A stretch of 64,000 nt of DNA from Heterodontus francisci (taxonomy: Eukaryota), in the NCBI RefSeq assembly GCF_036365525.1, contig NC_090408.1, positions 33,596,269 through 33,660,268 of the forward strand, in the 5' to 3' direction. The position numbers and the translations under genes were made by a program. Positions 23,983 through 36,919 of this stretch are shown here, in pieces (the stretch's first letter is position 1; each line of letters opens with the position of its first letter). The notes under the pieces were generated by a model. The model saw nothing but the letters and a program-made list of their open reading frames with translations, did no database searches and was not told the origin of the DNA.

Positions 23983-24640
23983 GGGCTCGGTATTTTATGC
24001 CCCTCCCTTGCTCTCCGTTTGAGCGGGCTGGGAGATGGTGGGGTGGCAGGTGGTGCTGTGCCCGTGGCCTACCTGCCCTCGTTGGTATTTTAACAATAGC
24101 AGGGGAGGTGGCAGGTGGCCTGCCCACCCTGGGCCAAATTGAGGCCCTGAAGTGGCTAATTAATGGTCATTTAAGGGCCTCTTCCCGCTGGCACTGGTAT
24201 TTTATCTGGGGAAATTTCCCAGTTAAACCTGACTGTCTCCTTACGGGCTGGCGGGGGGCCTCCTGATTGGGCTCTCTGTGCCCCACAGAGAGCCCCACCA
24301 CCCCCCCCCCCCCCCAGCAGCACAGCACCCCCTTGCCATTGTGATCAACTCCCCCTCGCCGGGAACTGGCTGATGGCCCCGACAAGACCTGACCCCACTT
24401 AGCTTATTCTCCAGCCTCCATTGCGGACTGGGTCCAAGGCCTGCTGCAGTCTCAGCAGTTGTCACTGCTCCCGGTGGCACTGCTTGGACTGAAGGGCTGC
24501 CAGTCCTCTGTCTTGGAGGTGGGACATCCTGCCCCAGAGGGGCAAAAGCCACAACTGCAGGCAGTTAATTGCCCGAGGAGCGTAAAATACAGTCGTGGCT
24601 TCCAGGGCCAGCAGCCACTGCCCCTCGTAAAATCCCAGCC
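23983..24640. mobile_element. Harbinger-type GC-rich MITE (degenerate ends)
   Basis: GGGCTCGGTATTTTA ... TAAAATCCCAGCC; shares the aagtggc.a.ttaa.gg core with 5319 and 45525. Confidence 0.65.
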
Positions 24641-24674
24641 AGGGTCTCTGAATACCAGTCAGAACTCTAGCTGA

Positions 24675-24835
24675 TTCTCCTTCCCTGATTCTGAGGCCAA
24701 TTAGTATCTCTCCTAATTCACCAGTCGCTATCAGTTAACTCAGCACAGATCAGAGATTAAACATGATACTTTCCTGGTTTGTATACCGCAGTAACACACC
24801 AGTATATTTATACACAGAGCCATTGGATGGAGCCA
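24675..24835 (-). mobile_element. Old tRNA-derived SINE fragment (many degenerate copies in window, e.g. ~37900-38110, 51720-51830, 52390-52538 + 53640-53780, 61050-61170)
   Basis: Recurrent gagatcagctaactcagcacagac...g(a/g)ttgaacc motif; Pol III A/B-box-like head on the minus strand. Confidence 0.55.
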
Positions 24836-25595
24836 GATTTTTGTTTATTGATGTATTCTTTCTCCTCAGGCTCATGCATCATTTCCCAGCCAGAAGGAAA
24901 GACAGACAATCTGGCCCCAGCCTTCCACCAGTGATTGGTTAGGAAATGATTAAGGGTGTTCTGGAGTGCTAACCTGGCAGTTCATGTCTTTTGCCCACTT
25001 CGTCCTTGTGGGGAAGCAGCTGATCAAGCTTTGTATTCCTCGTTGCCCATCTTTGCTGGTGCAGACAATACTGGGTTTTTGTCCTGTGGGCAGTTATGGC
25101 TGCAGTCTGCTATCCTGTCATGCAAGGTGTAATGCATTCAAAAGTTTGAATTTATAAAGCACCAATAATATAGAAAAACTTCCAAGCCACTTCATGGACA
25201 TAAGCAAAAAGAAAATTGGATGGAAAGCCACAGAAATGTTAGGAAGGGTGACGAAAAGACTGGTCTAAGAGCAGTATGAAATCCCTCTGCTGTGAGCCAC
25301 AAACCACATCAGGCTGAAGGGTGACCTGCTTTCAGGCTCTGCCAATACCACAAGAATGGCTGAGAAATGACACTTCTGATTTTATTTCACTTTATCCTTT
25401 CTGTTGTGTGGATCTTGGCACCTCCCACAGTGTTGCAGCAAGATCAAGAGCTGAGCAGCATCTGAGAGCAAACTGCATCCCTCCGCCACATGATGTGACG
25501 TGTTGAAGTTCTCACATTCAGCCTTCAGGGAATCTAGGTAGATGATATACAATCAATTGAGCAGTAAATTAAAGTTTTTGGTCTGTTGTGTTTAG

Positions 25596-25655
25596 GTTAA
25601 ACTTTCTGGATCACACCTGACTCCACAGTGCTATGCTTTCATAACCTATGTTCAG
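25596..25655 (+). CDS. FANCI: FANCI exon (~ex34) VKLSGSHLTPQCYAFITYVQ
   Basis: tttag|gttaaa ... gttcag|gtatgt; 60 nt. Confidence 0.96.
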
Positions 25656-26426
25656 GTATGTAACAATTCATTTTTACTATTCATCCAGTTGGATATCATT
25701 TTCTGCAATTTCGATACATTTTAAGATGCCATTTAATATTTGGTTGCAGGCACCAGTGTTGGTTGTTTGTGGCCACTGATGATGTATATTCAGTAATGTT
25801 GCAGACTTAGTTATCTACAGAAATAACAAATTTATTTCCTCTGTCTTGAAGACTTATGATTCCATGTGCACTCACTGCCCTCCAGCCCCTCACCCAAGTC
25901 AGCAGACTTTGGGCGTGTAGGGGTGTTGGAAAGAGGGAGGGACATCACAACCAAGCTTCTCACCTGATACATACGCATGCACGTTCCAATAAGGGTCATC
26001 TGATAATAAATAGGAGTAGGAACTTGGACTGATGTTTCTGCCAACCTAAGACAAATTGTAGCACTCTTGGCAATCTTGATCAACTTTGGGTGGACCAGGA
26101 ATTGAACTTGCACACCAAGCAATTTATTTACCCCGAGCTAATATAACCTGTTTAATGTAAATAAATAAGTTCAGAATAGATATGATCAAAATGCGGGCTC
26201 TTTAAGCTAATTTTAAAATTTATTTTTGAAATCTGTATTTTAGTTATGCACTTATGCTGTTTTAAATATCAGTCATTACTATTCGGGGAAACCACCAAAG
26301 TTTCGAATCGTAACTTATACTCTCTTTAGTTTTAGGTTGTAGCTTGTGAGTATTATGTGACTTTTTTGAGGCAGGGAAAGGAACAAGTTGTTGACCATTC
26401 AAATTCTAACTGAGTTTTTTATATAG

Positions 26427-26516
26427 AATATCCAGAGTGAGACTGTGAGCTTTGGTGGAGGTGCAGAAAAGAAAAAGGACAAGAAGAAGGAGATGGCAGC
26501 CATCACTGCAGCAACG
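26427..26516 (+). CDS. FANCI: FANCI exon (~ex35) NIQSETVSFGGGAEKKKDKKKEMAAITAAT
   Basis: tatag|aatatc ... gcaacg|gtatga; 90 nt; Lys-rich. Confidence 0.88.
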
Positions 26517-27822
26517 GTATGAGATCTGTAAAATAACCCAGTTAGATGCCTACTGTTCACAACATAAATACAGATGAGGAAGGCCATTCGGCTATCTTGA
26601 TTTATCTATCCTACGTGATCCTGAAGTCCTCCCATTGCATTTTCTAATGGTTCTTAAATGATTCCAGGGTTTTCGCCTTCATGACTATCAAGGAATCCAT
26701 GTCATGTGTTGATTATGGGTGAAGAAGAATTTCCTGATCACCTTAAATTTGTCATTTAATAGTTTGACCTTGTGGCTCTTTGCCCTATGCATAGATATAG
26801 GAAAATTCTATACAATATATATATCGATATCTTTACTCATGACTTAAACCTCTTAAAAGGGATAATGACTGTTTAACTATTAGGTTATCTAAAGATACAT
26901 TCAGTAGCGTAAATAAGAGGAATCATACTCCAGAAGTGTTTAAGGGTATTACACCGAGAGTTCAATTCAAGCAAGTTAGAAACAATAGTTTTAATAGATT
27001 CAATTCATGCCAGGTGTAAAGGTCTGATTTTTCTTTGTTTTCTCCTCCTCACTGTTGGGCTGTGGGTCCACAGGTGTTGGCAGTCCTCCAGTCCAGCTAA
27101 ATGGTCACTGTTTACAGGTCCATGATGGTATGCTTCAGCCAGCAACTATGGAGGGCATCTCAGGCCTGATCCTAATCTTTCTTGATGTCTTATGGATGCA
27201 ATTTCCAGCAAAAGATTTTATTAAATTAAAAATTTCAACAGTAATAGTTACATGCAAGTCAATCATAAAGAAATTAAGTGAATTTTAATGTTAAATTCAT
27301 TTTGTGGCAGGATTTAGTTATTTCAATCCAAACTTTTATGCGTAATATAGCAGAGTATGTTGGCAACACCTTTTTTTGCCCCACCAGTTTTCTCACCTCC
27401 CCTGAAGGTGCTGTCTCTTGTTGGGGCACAAATCCACAGTTGCCAACAATGGTCATTGGATAGTGGTTGCGAGTGGGAACACAGGTTGTTTTCCTCCAGC
27501 TTCCAATCCAAGGGCAAAGAGGCAAATTGAAATGTCTAATGAAGATGAGTAAACTTTGCATAAACTTGGAATTGAACATGAAAACTTCTGTGGCTCCGTA
27601 CTGTGTCACATGGTGCTTTGAACCATTAAGTCTCGTGGAAATGCCAGTGTCCACAAAATGCCTCACTTCTGGCTTGAGTTTAGGTGTTTTTTCCATGTGC
27701 AAAATGCTACTGTAACACTCTCGCTTGCACAATAAATTTGTAATATAACCTTTGAAATCTTCATAGATAATTGTGGAATCTTAAGGCATTATATGTGTAT
27801 TCATTTAAAGGATGTGGTGTGA

Positions 27823-28068
<246 letters not shown>

Positions 28069-29251
28069 TAGTCAGAAAGATCGCATTAGTGTGGAGAGGG
28101 AAAAGACACTGAAGGAAATAGAAACAGCTTATCCCTCGTGCAGCTAATCTCTTTTATAATCCTATCTGTGTGACACCTGTATGATGTTACAAATCAGGAA
28201 AAAGCCATTAGCCAAAAAGTCTACCTCTCTTTCACAGATAAAACCCAAAACAACTCCACAAACCCATCCTCTGGCTACACCATTCAATTCTTTCTATCTC
28301 TCCAGCCATACAAGAACTTGCCTCGAGCCCACTTATACGATTTGCAGTGTACATTCCTGGTAACCTATTGTACGACTTGATTACCTGTGGATGAAAAAGT
28401 AAAATTTCTGATTTTTTTTTTCTTACTCCAAAATTAGTTTTAATTCTAGACCCCTCTGATTTGAGCCTTTTGCCAACCTGCTCATAATCTTGAAAACATC
28501 TTTTACGTTTAAAAGAAAACAAACCCAACTTCCCTAAATTCATCAGTTACATTTCTGAAACATATAGCTTTCCTCTGCACCCTTTCAAGACCAGTATATA
28601 CTTCCTCTCATCAACTGACCAAAATTGTGTAGAGCGCCAGATAAAGACCATTAAGCTATACAAAAATTAATAAGAAACCCGATTCAGGACAAGAGTTTTT
28701 TCTGGTGCTCTCCAACCTGTTTCAATTTTCCAGATTATTGACAAACTTAAGATATAGCTTTTCCACTTTATGCCTACTGCAACATTGTAAAGTACATTTC
28801 CCTACGACAAAGGTACAACTTTGGCAAGCTAAGTTGGTTCTTCTCTTTCACTGGATACTGATTATGAAGGCCACTTTTCCCATCGTGGCTAATCCATTCA
28901 GAAAGCTGCAGTTCACTTTCTTCCTGCCTCCTAACCTCAGTATTTAACTAGTTTCTAAGGGATTACATGGTGTTACTCTCCTATTTGGAAGTTTATTGTA
29001 CACATTGGTCATTGTGTGAAGAACTTATGTTCTAATATTATCTTTCATTAATTTGAATCTATACTTTGTTTCTACTGCTGTAATTTAATTTGTAGTGTTT
29101 ACCTTTGCTCTATTGTTTACTCCTTTTTGTTTCTTTATGGGATCAACCTCAATTGTTATGCGTCAATAAGTGATTTTTGAAAAGCTGCTAGAGCCCATGT
29201 GATCTAATGTTCTGCACTTTCTCAATTTATTAAAATGTTTCTCTTTTATAG

Positions 29252-29374
29252 GTGAACTTGATGCAGTACATGAAGCTCAGCACATCACGCGATTTCCGAA
29301 TTAATGCAGCCACGTTGGATGCAGCGCTCCAAGAACAGGAAGCAGAGGAAATCCAGGATGAAGATGATGATCAG
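29252..29374 (+). CDS. FANCI: FANCI exon (~ex37) VNLMQYMKLSTSRDFRINAATLDAALQEQEAEEIQDEDDDQ
   Basis: tatag|gtgaac ... gatcag|gtaaag; 123 nt. Confidence 0.96.
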
Positions 29375-29718
29375 GTAAAGATGAAAAAGCACTTTGATTC
29401 TTGTTTTGAGGTTAGTTTGCACACCAAACTTTGCTTCATTTCAGCAATACTCACCAATATTTTGTCAAAGGCAGTAGTCTCAAGCAATGTCTTGTTCAAA
29501 GATCACTCTTGACTGCTTTAATATCCCACACGTTAGAGGGAGGTACAGATCTGCACCTGCAAATCCCCACAGAGTTAATTTCAATGTGAACACACTTTCC
29601 CAGAGGAAATGGAAGGAGGAAGCACAGGGTTTATAGAATAGTTCAATTTTAATGTGGTCTTTTCACTTGTATGGGAGCTGAGAGAACCCTGCTTCCTAAC
29701 AGCATTCCATTGTTTTAT

Positions 29719-29948
29719 AAAAGCAAAATACTGCAGATGCTAGAAATCTGAAATAAAAACAAGAAATGCTGGAAATACTCAGCAGATCTGACAGCATCTG
29801 TGGAGAAATAAGCAGAGTTAACGTTTCAGGTCAGTGACTCGTCATCAGTTCTGGTGAAGGGTCACTGACCTGAAACGTTAACTCTGCTTCTCTCTCCATA
29901 GATGCTGCCAGACTTGCTGAGTATTTCCAGCATTTCTTGTTTTGATTC
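29719..29948. repeat. Head-to-head inverted pair of Penelope-like units (~100-bp-arm palindrome)
   Basis: Left arm 29750-29848 is the reverse complement of right arm 29851-29948. Confidence 0.9.
29847..29883 (+). ncRNA. Minimal type-I hammerhead ribozyme motif (one core substitution)
   Basis: agtt-CTGgTGA-agg-gtcactga-cct-GAAA-cgtt-aact: stem I agtt/aact, stem II agg/cct, palindromic ACGT stem III; opposite arm has intact CTGATGA. Confidence 0.6.
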
Positions 29949-30163
29949 CATTGTTTTATGTTGAGGAGCAAGAAAGGGAAAGTACTAGAGGCCTATTGTG
30001 CAGCACATCGATTAAGGTCCACAACAAGGGAATGGGGGCTGCAAATGCTCCTCAGGCAGTGAGTTCCCCCATTACACGATCTATATTTCCATTTCATATT
30101 TCACATATCAACTGCACAGTTTTTTAAACTAATGAAACAATTTAACTGCCGCTGAATAACTTC

Positions 30164-30169
30164 TTTATT
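30164..30169 (-). promoter_or_regulatory. Candidate POLG polyadenylation signal (AATAAA on minus strand)
   Basis: tttatt on + strand; the first canonical AATAAA I found downstream of the POLG stop. Confidence 0.4.
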
Positions 30170-30860
30170 TGCATCTTGGTTACTCAACATTTTAATGTAG
30201 TCTGTTATAATTTATATAAAGTGCAGCTTAAATTGCTGAGGGATAGGGATGGTAGGCAAACTTGCTATGGTCACTGTGACAATATCAAATATGTTCCAAA
30301 AGAAAATTTTTATGAACATTTTTGATAACGCTCTATATATAGCTACCAGAACAATTCTTATTGCATACAAAAAAGCAGATGGTTGCATCTTAAGTGATTA
30401 AACCACAAAGAGAGGATTTTGTATTAATTTCAGGAATTCCACAGTAGGAGTGAAATGGAATCTGAACTGTATGGTTCGATTAAATGTGCGAGTCAACTCC
30501 CTTCTGATTGGCAAAAGGTAATGAGGAGTTTCTGCGTTGAGTGTGGAGCACACAATTACAGTGAGAACTGTGCCAAGTAGCATGCTCATCCTAAGAGACT
30601 TTAAATACATCCAGTTATTACTGCTACCCAATGGTTCTCATCCCTGACCCATGAATAATCACTGGGAAATGAACATATTGATTTGCCAAGTGCTTGTTCA
30701 TAGCTCGTACTGATACAATTATAGTAATTACAGCACAGGAAAGAGAGAAGAAGTCTTACAGTATTACTGAGATTCTGTGTTAAATGAAGCAAAAACATTT
30801 AAATAGAGGTTTGCATGTTGTACAATTAATATACCAGAAATTTCTCCTGTCTTTCTCCAG

Positions 30861-30917
30861 TCAAATATCACTGTAGAGGAAAACAGAGAGCCAAAGAAGA
30901 AAAAGAGAAAAAGATGA
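30861..30917 (+). CDS. FANCI: FANCI terminal coding exon SNITVEENREPKKKKRKR* (C-terminal NLS)
   Basis: ctccag|tcaaat ... aga TGA; matches human EPAKKKRKK* terminus. Confidence 0.92.
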   Translation, partial: SNITVEENREPKKKKRKR

Positions 30918-31201
30918 AACTGTGACAGCAAGGGCAAATGGCATGCCCAAAATCTGAGGACAATAGGGTCGAATTGATAACCATCGCAGGATCTGAACGA
31001 TTCAAATTGCAATCATCCTTCTCCAGACTTTCAGTTCAGTCTGTCATGCTTACTTGAATCATTTCCCATCCTGATGTTGTCGTAAAGCTTCATCAATTTG
31101 TGCAACAGCAAGGAAATACCACACTCACAAGTAAGACCTGATAAATTGGGTTAGTCATCTTGCTTCTCTGAAGTTCTTTTTCGTAGGGTAGATTTCCTGT
31201 T

Positions 31202-31272
31202 TTATGTTTGTTTTCTTTTGTTAAGAGACCCGTTTGTTTTTTCAATAATTTGATAAATATCTAGTGCTTCTC
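31202..31272 (-). CDS. POLG: POLG terminal coding exon GEALDIYQIIEKTNGSLNKRKQT*
   Basis: ctatag|gagaag ... aca TAA; matches human GEALDIYQIIELTKGSL. Confidence 0.96.
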
Positions 31273-31328
31273 CTATAGGAAGGAAAAGTATAAATATTGT
31301 AACGCTTGTAAAAACTGAAAAATGCACA

Positions 31329-31334
31329 ATTAAA
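31329..31334 (+). promoter_or_regulatory. Candidate FANCI polyadenylation signal (ATTAAA)
   Basis: First A(A/T)TAAA I could find downstream of the FANCI stop, followed by a U-rich tract. Confidence 0.45.
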
Positions 31335-32874
31335 AAAAGTGACAAAACTTTAACTCTTATTTTTCCAAGTGATAAGTGTGATCTTTCATTAATGAACAAG
31401 CCCAGATAGGGATATACTGGAATTTATGGAATTGGCTCTCCTGATCAGGAAAATCAGTTATTTGGTAGGACATGTGCTCTGAAGTTGGATCTTGCTTTTG
31501 TGAAGAAATTTCATTTTTTCAACAAATGTTTGCATGTCTCGAGCACAGGGTTTGTGGTGTCAGCAGCTAAGGAGGAGATAGCTGCCTACTCTGAATGAGT
31601 GACAGGCTTTTCGACTACTGAGGCAACTCAGTCAATCTGAATCCTTGTACTTCCCAACAGCCAATGGATATCTGTTTGGAGTGATGAACCTTGACTTGCT
31701 GGGGAAATTACCAAAGACCTTCTAGTTGATAGAATCAATTTAGCTGGGCTGCATCATAAGAGTTGAATAGCAAGTTATCATGCTACAGTGGGCTTGTGGT
31801 GGCAGCAGTTGAAAGAAAGATCCATTTGTTACTCTTAAATAGTAGTGTCTTTAACATCCCATACCTATGTGAGGTAGGAGGATTTGTTCATAGTCAATAA
31901 TACATTAATGGACCGGAAGATTCTGGAGAATGTGCAACCCTCGACTATAAACAAAAACTAAAGTTTTTTAAAGAGTTAATTCTCTACCACCCTGCCCCAA
32001 AGGTGCCAACTCTTGCTGGGATACAGTCACTGCTACTTCACCAGAATGCTGTCCTTGTGTCAGCCTAATCAATGAATTTTGAAAAGCTATTCAGTTGGGA
32101 GCAGGGCAAGAGAGAAGGGGGCATCATTGCTGTGAGCGATCCTGCACACCTTCCAGCAGGAGTCACTGGATAGTAATCAGAAACCCTGGCTGATTTTCTC
32201 CTCCTTAGTTCAGAGGCCAACTGTAGCACTCCAGTCTTCGATAGTTTTTCCTAATATATGGTTATATATTGAAGTGGGAGTGGGGAGGGGGGGGTGGGGT
32301 GGGCAGATTAAGATTGGCTGTAGCCAATATCAAATCTAGTATCTGAGAGCCTGACAAAAGCTATGCTTGCGGGAGGCAGGCAGTGTGTTAAATGGGCCAA
32401 TTGCCAGCATTCAGAACTTTTTATAAGATTCCTTTTTGTTTTGCAGATGGTGCCAAAAAACACAGATGTATATTTTGTAAGCTTCAAAAGATAATGACTA
32501 AAGTGGTGCCACATTAATCTTTTAAAGCAAAGTAAAAGCTGATAATTAATTAACATCTGGTACTGTGCAGCTCCTGTAAGCCCCTCTATCAATCCTTTTG
32601 TATGCTGTAGACCAGAGAAACTGCAAGCCTCCTGCAGAGGAACCAATTTGTTCGTTTATCAAGCACGTGGATGTGTGACATATTCAACCTAAGGGGCTGT
32701 AAGTGCTTAATTTAGAGTGGAGTGTTGATGAGTTAGTCAAAGCTCACGTCACACCAAATGATCACAGAAGAGAAGAAATTTTAGCAACATCAAGAGGTCC
32801 ATTAGACCCAACAGTGTTTACTTTTTTTCAAATCGTCTCTATCTTTTCTCTCTCATGAAGAATCCAACTGTGTC

Positions 32875-33745
32875 ACAGAATCACAGAATTGTTACAGCAC
32901 AGGAGGCCATTCAGCTCATCGTGTCTGTGCCAGCTCTCCAAAAAAGCAGTTCAACTAGTGCCACTCCCTGGCGTTCTCGCCGTAGCCCTGCCTTTTCTCC
33001 CTTTTCCGATAATCTAATTCCCTCTTGAATGCTTCAATTGAACCTGCCTCCACCACACTTTCAGGCAATGCATTCCAGATCCTAACCACTCGCTGCGTGA
33101 AAAAGATTTTCCTCCTCAATCCATTGCTTCTTTTGCCAATTACCTTAAATTGATGCCCTCTTGTTCTCTATCACTCTCTACCAATGGGAACATTTTTCCC
33201 TATCTTCTCTATCCAGACCCCTCATGATTTTGAATACCACTATTAAATCTACGCTCAACCTTCTCTTCTCCAATCTATCCATGTAACTGAAGGTCCTCGT
33301 CCCTGGAACTATTCTCGTGAACCTTTTCTGCACTCTTTCCAATGCCGTCACATCTTTCCTAAAGTGTGGCACCCAGAACTGGACATAATACTCCAGGTTG
33401 AGGCTGAACCAGTGTTCAATACAAGTTTAACATAACTTCCTTGCTTTTGTACTCTTATGCTCCTATTAATGAAGTATTGGATGCTGTATTAAGTGCTCTC
33501 TCAATCTGTTCTGCCACCTTCAATGACTTATGTACATATACACCCAGGTCTCTCTGTTCCTGCACCCCCTTTAGAATTACACCCTTTATTTAAAATTGTC
33601 TCTGTGTTCTTCCTACCAAAATGAATCACTTCACACTTCTCTGCATTAAATTTCAGCTGCCACTTGTCCACCCATTCAACCAACCTGTCTACGTCCTTTT
33701 GAAGTTCATCACTACCTCCTCACAGTTCACAATCCTTCCAAGTTT
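32875..33745 (-). mobile_element. CR1 LINE 3' fragment in POLG last intron
   Basis: PHFRKDVTALERVQKRFTR...; (CTGTGATT)n-type tail. Confidence 0.88.
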
Positions 33746-34378
33746 TACACTCTACTTCAAAAGCCCTCCCTAGTAACTTTTTTCAGCCACAACCTAACTG
33801 AGTTGTGAAATTAGTCCCTTCACTTCCCTCCTTACTGCCAATTCCTTAATTTGTGACATATGTCCCCTGGGATTTGAACATTTTGTCTGGATTGATTTTG
33901 TCAAATGCCTTTACAATCTGGAAAAATTCAATTAGATTATCTCAAAATGTTTTTTTTCTGAAGATCACAGTAACATTGAACACCTGTAGTCAGGAATCTA
34001 GAATAGCGTCAGCTAACACTATGTATAGTTTGCCTGATTTGTACCATAAGTTTTGAGATGAACAAAGAAACAACAGTTACATTGTTAGGCTAACTAATCT
34101 GATGTATTAGAAACAGAGAAATGTACAGTGCTGCCTAGCAGCTTAAGAGTAACTGGAAAGGTGAGAAAGTACTCCAATGTGAGAAGATGCTTTTTTTAAT
34201 GGGATGTCTGATAGAGAAGACGGAGTAATTACATGGTCATTTATAGCAGGTATCAAGATATTAAGCTAACCTGTGATGTTCCCATTTATTAATCATGGCT
34301 TCTCTGCTCCTTTCTTAAAGACAATGGGTTATGGGGGGGTCCACTGCTGGTAAAATGGAAAATTTCTCAATGATGGTT

Positions 34379-34733
34379 GGGCAGCACAGTGACGCAGTGG
34401 TTAGCACCGCAGCCTCACAGCTCCAGCGACCCGGTTTCAATTCTGGGTACTGCCTGTGCGGAGTTTGCAAGTTCTCTCTGTGACTGCGTGGGTTTTCGCC
34501 GGGTGCTCCGGTTTCCTCCCACAGCCAAAAAAACTTGCAAGTTGATAGGTAAATTGGCCATTATAAATTGCCCCTAGTATAGGTAGGTGGTAGGGGAATT
34601 GAGGGACAGGTGAGGATGTGGAAGGAATATGGGATTAGTGTAGGATTAGTATAAATGGGTGGTTAATGGTCGGCACAGACTCGTTGGGCTGAAGGGCCTG
34701 TTTCAGTGCTGTATCTCTAAATCTAAATCAAAT
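34379..34733 (+). mobile_element. Full-length tRNA-derived V-SINE (HE1-like)
   Basis: Head ggcagcacagtgacgcagtggttagcac (A box) and ggtttcaattc (B box); V-domain gggtgctccggtttcctcccaca; CR1-derived tail gggctgaagggcctgtttcagtgctgta(tctaaa)n. Confidence 0.88.
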
Positions 34734-35038
34734 AAGCTTGGAAAAATATATTTATCTGTGTGGCGAGTTACTTAAGATTGAAAATCTCTTTCCTCGCCCC
34801 AGCAGCAACATAATATTTCACCACAAATGTAACCTAAAACTGCCCCAATTTAGATTATTTTTTAACGAAGTTCTGATGGGTGTCCCACTCAAAATATTAA
34901 CCTAACTTTCTCTTTCTGCCTTCCTGTGTATTTCTATTGTCTCGCTTCAAGTTCCCACCATTTCATTGGAGACATTTCATTCAATTTCTCAAAGGAGCAC
35001 AAAGTTCACAATTGGTCACACACAGCTGACAACTGTAC

Positions 35039-35199
35039 CTTCTGGGATCCCGTATCGCCTTTGCAGCCCTGTAACATTAGAAGGAGTTTGGCAATCCATT
35101 GTCACCTCCTTCCTCAGGCATCGATCAACATCCACTGTGCTAAAGAATGCTACGGACTGTGGGAGGTCCTGCATCTCTAGTTTGTAGGCAAACATGCAG
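35039..35199 (-). CDS. POLG: POLG exon ~22 [41 protein letters not shown]...YGIPE
   Basis: tccag|ctgcat ... cagaag|gtacag; 161 nt. Confidence 0.97.
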
Positions 35200-35241
35200 C
35201 TGGAAATGAAAAGAAAATGAAGTTCACCATTGGCACAGATC

Positions 35242-35775
35242 AGAATCATTGGAAGTTTATGGCACAGAAAGAGGCTACTTGGCCCATTTTGTCTGCACCA
35301 GCCGGGAAAAAAAGCCACCCAGCCTAATCCCACTTTCAGCATTTGGTCCGTAGCCCTGCAGGTTACAGCACTTCAGGTGCACATCCAGGCATCTTTTAAA
35401 TGAGATGAGGTTTTCTGTCTCTACCACCCTCTGGGAAAAAAGATTCCCTCATCTCCCCTCTAATCCTTCTACCAATTACTTTAAATCTGCGTCCCCTAAT
35501 CACTGACCCTCTGTTAAGGTAAATAGGCCCTTCCCATCCACTCTATTTTTCCAGTCCTGCCAAGATCCTCATAAATCTCCTCTGTACCTTCTCTGGTGCA
35601 ATTACATCCTTTCTGTAATGAGGTGACCAGAACTGCACACAGCACTATAGTTATGCCACAACTTATGTTTTATATAGTTCCAACACTACCTCCCAACTCT
35701 TATATTCTATGCCTCAACTAATAAAGGAAAGGATTCTATGTGCCTTCTTAACAACCTTATCAGCTTCCAAAATGT
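35242..35775 (-). mobile_element. CR1 3' fragment (internally deleted)
   Basis: cagttctggtcacctcattacagaaagg (QFWSPHYRK) on minus strand; CR1-type tail. Confidence 0.8.
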
Positions 35776-36350
35776 TTCATACACTGTATTTGGAGTGCAC
35801 CTTGCAGATTATTTACTGTTTGTCAAACAATGCAATAAATTCCCCTGCCTATTTTTCTATTTTTTCCCCTCCTGTCCTGAAGATGCTAACTCGAGGTACA
35901 GCTCCATGGGCACTGACTGGCAACGTGCATCTGGCACCTCAGCCAAGTGCCCATTCTTAACATTTAGTTGTAGACAGTGGAGTGGTGGAAAGCAGTTAAC
36001 AGTAGGGGGCCTGATCCTTGTGTCTTCACATGCAAGGTGAAGCTTAAGCAGGTGGTCATGGGTTAGTGATCAGAAGCAGGAACCATAACTGATTTCCCAA
36101 CCCCACATCCTCCCTATTACAGATCCAATTGTAGCATCACAATCAGCTAATTTAGCCCAGGAACAGTCATGAACTTGAGACCTGCTCAGCTGTTTTTTTT
36201 TCAGTCCCACACTGGACAGTGGGTGCATCAACTGAGCAATTGGGGATGGCAAAAATACCAGTTTAATTTTGCATAAATAACATCTACCTGAAATCAAAGT
36301 AATATCTGGAAAAAAAACAGTTGAATCTGAAAGAAAAAACAAATCTCTTA

Positions 36351-36587
<237 letters not shown>

Positions 36588-36919
36588 TCAAAATGGGCAG
36601 CACTAGTTCTGCATGCCTCTAGGGTGTATGAATCAAATTTTTGTTTCTGAAATCTTAAAATATCACAACTGGAATTGCTCTTTCTCTCTCCTCTCCCAAC
36701 CACACACTATGGACTGGGCTGAACAGTTTAGGTTTTAATAACTCTCAGCATAAAACTTGTTTGTTGATTTAGGCTAATAACCACAATTCTTTGGAAGAGA
36801 AAGACAGCAATTACCTACATTTTGAATAACTATATAACAATGCAAAAACTCACAAAGACCAATGTAGACCATTGGATAGGTCCAGTTTTATTTTAAAAAA
36901 TCATGCTTACATTCTCTTT

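Noticed and set aside
24296-24316. Long C run, and G runs at 45834-45870
   Set aside because: Low-complexity tracts internal to the Harbinger MITE family.
27274-27732. 152-aa minus-strand ORF in a FANCI intron
   Set aside because: No recognisable domain and no canonical start; likely a chance ORF.
34379-34460. tRNA-like sequence
   Set aside because: It is the head of a V-SINE; it continues into SINE body and tail and forms no complete cloverleaf.
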